Virus record (IMG/VR): IMGVR_UViG_3300028920_000029
Span: 1-64,000 of that record
DNA length: 64,000 nucleotides
Source: a virus
Strand: one strand, 5' to 3'
The notes beneath the pieces were generated by a model. The model was given only the letters and a program-made list of their open reading frames with translations, had not been told where the DNA came from and ran no database searches. Shown piece by piece: positions 60,222-64,000 of this stretch (positions are counted from its first letter, which is position 1; each line of letters begins with the position of its first letter). The position numbers were made by a program, and so were the translations under genes.

Positions 60222-60955
60222 TGGGGCACATATATAAATTCACAAAACATGTACTTGCATACTCACCATATTTTAATGAGGCTGAGAGAGTATACTTTGA
60301 TACATTATCAAAGGGTATTACTGGGTCATACCTAGTACTTGCTAAGTACGGTTTAGGTGGAGAAGCCAACAAAGATCTGAAGGATTTGTATAGGCACCTT
60401 AGTTGGTATAACCTTAAGAAGAACGACAAAGATTACAGGCCCACCGATTTAGGTATGCTGTTTAGTCAAATAGCTACGGTAGTGGATGAGTCTTTAGTAA
60501 AGCACGGAATAGTTAACAAGCAAGGACTTGATGAGTTTTTACCCAGGGATATATTAAGTAAGCTTCCGAGCACTCCCATGCAGCAGAACCCAAAGAATTA
60601 CATACCAGAAGAGCAAATGATTAAGGATACATCATTACGATCCGCGCCAGCTGAGAAGGATAAGGGAGTACTACAGTCATTGGAGGAACAAGCTATGGAT
60701 AGAAACAAAAAGTGGAAGGAGTATAGAGAGCACCAGGATACACCGCCAACCCCAGTTAGGGCCAGTCTTATAGGAAACATTCTTAAGAAAGGCGAGGCAG
60801 TAACACAGGATATAGGTAAGCTTCCTATGAGTAGTTCAGATGATATGAAGGAAGTAGCAAAGAAGACTAAGGATAACATCACAAAGAACAAGCAACTTCT
60901 TGACGAGGCCGACGCCTTAGCTGAAGATATGGAAGAGTTAGATAAGATTACATAA
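60221..60955 (+). CDS. hypothetical protein
   Basis: Translationally coupled ORF. Confidence 0.5.
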   Translation: MGHIYKFTKHVLAYSPYFNEAERVYFDTLSKGITGSYLVLAKYGLGGEANKDLKDLYRHLSWYNLKKNDKDYRPTDLGMLFSQIATVVDESLVKHGIVNKQGLDEFLPRDILSKLPSTPMQQNPKNYIPEEQMIKDTSLRSAPAEKDKGVLQSLEEQAMDRNKKWKEYREHQDTPPTPVRASLIGNILKKGEAVTQDIGKLPMSSSDDMKEVAKKTKDNITKNKQLLDEADALAEDMEELDKIT

Positions 60956-60967
60956 GGAGTAACCTTA

Positions 60968-61909
60968 ATGGCATTTTATGAGTTGCACCGCTACGTTAGA
61001 AGGGTAGTAGTACAAGAGCTGCAGTTGTTGGTGAACGATCATCCAATGTACACCACAGATAGGGCTGACGACACTAAGTTTCAGACGTCCCCTACTAAGG
61101 TTATGGAACGATATAACTTTGACGGCAGACAGTACCCAGCTATAGTAGTTACCACTACTGAGTCTAACGAACAGCGTTTGTCTATGGACAGGCTAATAAC
61201 TGAGGCTTACGGGCACTCAAGAGCAGCTACTATGATGTCATATGTAACTCCTAAAGTGGTAGATGATTCAGAGTACACTGGCACATACTCTGATGCAGTG
61301 TACTTACTAGAGTACGCACAGACATTTGCTGAGGATGATGAGGATATTAAGCTTAAGAAATTCTCGGTAGCTGCAGTAGACGATGACCCCACAGGAGCAT
61401 CAGGAGATGTTGAGTGGTTTGATATTGTACCAGATGAAAGGCGCACAGATATAATAGATGGTGTAGAAATACATATAGGTTCTTTTAATGACATACGTCC
61501 TGGCAACCAAATATACATAGAGACGTTTGAGGATAACAGATACCTGGGAGATATATTCGGGAGCAGGTTTGATATATCTATGAACATATCTGTGTATGCG
61601 CAGACGCAGTACGAAACTGAAGAGTTACTTGATATGGTAAATTCGTGGTTCACATACTATTTACCACATCAATTATACTTTAAGCACAGCATCAACGCCA
61701 AAACAGTTAACACTAGTGGAGCAGTGGAAAAGGATGAGCGATACGGAGAAGAGGCGTTTACTGGTAACCTTACAGTTACGTTCTCTGTAGAACACCAGTT
61801 CTTTAACCCAGTAAATATAATGACGTCTTATCAGTTATGGCTAGCGCTTAGAGAGCAGGTAGACTCTACGACTGGGCAGATACTTTTACCTATAGAGATT
61901 GAGGATTAG
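60968..61909 (+). CDS. tail terminator/neck-like protein
   Basis: QYPAIVV, ISVYAQTQYETEELLD, LTVTFSVE pattern. Confidence 0.5.
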   Translation: MAFYELHRYVRRVVVQELQLLVNDHPMYTTDRADDTKFQTSPTKVMERYNFDGRQYPAIVVTTTESNEQRLSMDRLITEAYGHSRAATMMSYVTPKVVDDSEYTGTYSDAVYLLEYAQTFAEDDEDIKLKKFSVAAVDDDPTGASGDVEWFDIVPDERRTDIIDGVEIHIGSFNDIRPGNQIYIETFEDNRYLGDIFGSRFDISMNISVYAQTQYETEELLDMVNSWFTYYLPHQLYFKHSINAKTVNTSGAVEKDERYGEEAFTGNLTVTFSVEHQFFNPVNIMTSYQLWLALREQVDSTTGQILLPIEIED

Positions 61910-61917
61910 GAGATACT

Positions 61918-62691
61918 ATGGCATATTTAAGAAACATACCAAGCAGCGGTGACCCGTTTGAGAAAGGTAAGAATGGATTTATACCATCTAATCCTACCGA
62001 CGCTGGGGTGGAGCAGAGGTTTGATAGCTTGACAGATAGGTTCCAACCTAAGGAACAGTATACAAGAAAGATATACCAGGTAGCAACTGGAGATGAGAAC
62101 GTACTGCACGAACATATTGAAAGGCTTAGCAGGATGATAGAAGCCAGAGGCGAGCTTGTAACGCTTGTTAAACGTAAACTTGATGGTGAAAGATGTAACT
62201 GCTATGATACAGTTATGGATGTTGTTAGGCGTAAGTATTGCTTGCAGTGTTATGGTACTAGGATAAAGAATGGTTATGAGCTATTTAATAATACTAATAG
62301 AGATGATGGTAAGATATACATAGCGGCTCCGTTTGCTGAAGCTAGGATAGATTGGGAAGACCACGGACGAGTACAGACGGAGGAGCTAACTTATTGGACT
62401 TTGCCGTATACCCCGTTAGAAAACGGAAGCACTACGTATTCTTACGACTGGTTAATAAGATATAATAATGATGGTACTGAGTTAGGAAGGTATTATATAC
62501 ATAATGTTAAACCTTCTAGGAGTGTAGATAACTATGTTACGTATCAACACTTTACGGCTGCGTTAGCAACAAGACCTACTTACGATCATGAAGGAACTAT
62601 GGTAAGGCGAGGCGATTTGATATATGAAGTGGATACTAGTACGTTAGATGTAGTTGAGGGAAACTTAGAAAAAGGAGCTGACGAACGATGA
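61918..62691 (+). CDS. head-closure/neck-like protein with Cys cluster
   Basis: GELVTLVKR..GERCNC..CLQCYGT..GY. Confidence 0.5.
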   Translation: MAYLRNIPSSGDPFEKGKNGFIPSNPTDAGVEQRFDSLTDRFQPKEQYTRKIYQVATGDENVLHEHIERLSRMIEARGELVTLVKRKLDGERCNCYDTVMDVVRRKYCLQCYGTRIKNGYELFNNTNRDDGKIYIAAPFAEARIDWEDHGRVQTEELTYWTLPYTPLENGSTTYSYDWLIRYNNDGTELGRYYIHNVKPSRSVDNYVTYQHFTAALATRPTYDHEGTMVRRGDLIYEVDTSTLDVVEGNLEKGADER

Positions 62692-62996
62692 AATCAGTAG
62701 TTAACTTATACAAGATAGCTAAGTGGGAAGCTGAGCATGAAGCTGCTCTTAAAGAAGATGCAATGAGAGAGAAGGGAGAACAAATAGAGGGAGGGCTTGC
62801 CGATAATATGACATTGGAAGACATAGCTAATAGGCATGGAGTAAACATGGGTAAGATAGTGTCACAAATAAATAAAGGTATCCGTGTTGAGTATGAGCAC
62901 ACGAATGATGCTAAACAAGCTATGGAGATAGCTAAGGATCATCTGGTTGAGGATTCAGAATACTACACAAAATTAGAAATGATAGAAAATCACTAA
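62688..62996 (+). CDS. DUF5661-like protein with N-terminal MKSVVNLYKIA tag
   Basis: GGLAD...KGIRVEYEHT..AMEIAKDHLVED..YYTKL. Confidence 0.75.
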   Translation: MKSVVNLYKIAKWEAEHEAALKEDAMREKGEQIEGGLADNMTLEDIANRHGVNMGKIVSQINKGIRVEYEHTNDAKQAMEIAKDHLVEDSEYYTKLEMIENH

Positions 62997-63007
62997 GGAG
63001 GTAACGT

Positions 63008-63334
63008 ATGAAAGACCATCAGTTTTACCAGAAGCACCAAGAAGTAGCAGATGCAGAGAATTTTAACTTTACTATTGACGGTACGACTACTATTCATCAC
63101 GATAAGAAAGCTGTTCTTATTGTTGGCGATGATTCGGATGTTGAAGTATGGGTAAGGGTTGGAGATTCCAGAGTTGATTGGACTACAATGACTGACTACG
63201 TTGATAGCGTAGGCTCTGGCGCAACAAAGCTTACATATGTAAACATACCGTTTCCATGTAGCTCGGTTACGTTGGCAGTTACTAATGATTCTGGTTCAGC
63301 AATTCAAGTATCATATTATGGGGGCTCTGCATAA
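63008..63334 (+). CDS. putative structural protein
   Basis: AGGAGG RBS; beta-rich. Confidence 0.45.
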   Translation: MKDHQFYQKHQEVADAENFNFTIDGTTTIHHDKKAVLIVGDDSDVEVWVRVGDSRVDWTTMTDYVDSVGSGATKLTYVNIPFPCSSVTLAVTNDSGSAIQVSYYGGSA

Positions 63335-64000
63335 TGCTGCATTTGTTACGAAAGATTGCAGGTAAGAAAGCCAAGCCTACTGTAGAGGGGGAGATAGGAC
63401 TGTCAGAACTTAAGTCCAGATTTCAAAGTGGTAGGCTTTTAAACAAGGTTCTTCCGTTGATATCTTTTACGTACAAACCAGTTAGTGGTTCCAGCGAAAC
63501 ATACAATGCTGAGGATATTAAACTCTACTATGAACATAAATATGAAGGAGAGGACTACGCTTTATACAGTACACCTATAATGAGGCAGATGGTTATAGAT
63601 GTAATAGACGCTCACTTCTTAGAGATGTTAAATCTTCTAGGTACTATATCATCTGATGGGTCTATAATTCCTCCAGAGGATGATGCTATAGTAGCTGTTA
63701 CAGCTATGCTTGTTAGGAGATATATTGAAGAGGCTGATCGAGGTGGGTCACTTAACGTTAATATGTTAAACGATGTATTCGACCGAGACCACTATAAGCA
63801 GAAGGGAGTTACTGGTCCAAGGATGACGTTTAACAATAACACTACCAGCCAAAGCAGACTTATAGATCAGAACAGAGACAGGCTTAACTTCTTTTCACAG
63901 AACGTAGACATACGAAGACTTAATGAGATGACCAATCTTAAGCAGCTGGTTGAGTATTTCTTAGAGATCCAAGATAAGGATTCGGCTATTAAATTGGTGA
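63334..64000 (+). CDS. hypothetical protein (partial; starts MLHLLRKIAG)
   Basis: Open from ATG 63334 to the window end. Confidence 0.55.
   Translation, partial: MLHLLRKIAGKKAKPTVEGEIGLSELKSRFQSGRLLNKVLPLISFTYKPVSGSSETYNAEDIKLYYEHKYEGEDYALYSTPIMRQMVIDVIDAHFLEMLNLLGTISSDGSIIPPEDDAIVAVTAMLVRRYIEEADRGGSLNVNMLNDVFDRDHYKQKGVTGPRMTFNNNTTSQSRLIDQNRDRLNFFSQNVDIRRLNEMTNLKQLVEYFLEIQDKDSAIKLV

Noticed and set aside
1747-62902. Minus-strand and alternate-frame ORFs in the track (e.g. 8935-9561, 48431-49246, 52638-52976)
   Set aside because: They are shadows of well-supported + strand genes or hairpin regions, without RBS or recognisable motifs.

Overview
This window is a segment of a large tailed dsDNA bacteriophage genome (Caudoviricetes, probably jumbo-sized). 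It is AT-rich, uses the standard code, has strong AGGAGG ribosome-binding sites and sigma70-like promoters. Everything is on the + strand except a partial SNF2 helicase at the left edge. From left to right: (i) a divergent intergenic region packed with palindromes (origin candidate); (ii) a replication/recombination module (UDG-fused family A DNA polymerase, SSB, RuvC, RecA, TOPRIM primase, sigma region-4 protein); (iii) a block of acidic unknown proteins, probably head-associated, including one of 2207 aa; (iv) SpeD, a lytic transglycosylase, two paralogous tail-fibre-like genes and an uncalled stand-alone NrdD glycyl-radical domain; (v) four signal-peptide, Thr/Pro-rich proteins, three of which share a C-terminal domain; (vi) terminase, portal, scaffold-like protein, major capsid, prohead protease and neck genes, with two homing-type endonucleases. 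The most notable candidate system is a peptide tag, (M/x)-(K/G)-S-x-V-N-L-K-K-x-(A/S/G), found 8 times. It sits at the N-terminus of four unrelated small proteins and four times as a linker inside one multi-domain ORF. I interpret it as a capsid-targeting/protease-processing signal for a modular cargo polyprotein. Also notable is an HNH ORF apparently looped out of a promoter-driven structured RNA. All functional calls come from motifs recognised by eye; no searches were run.
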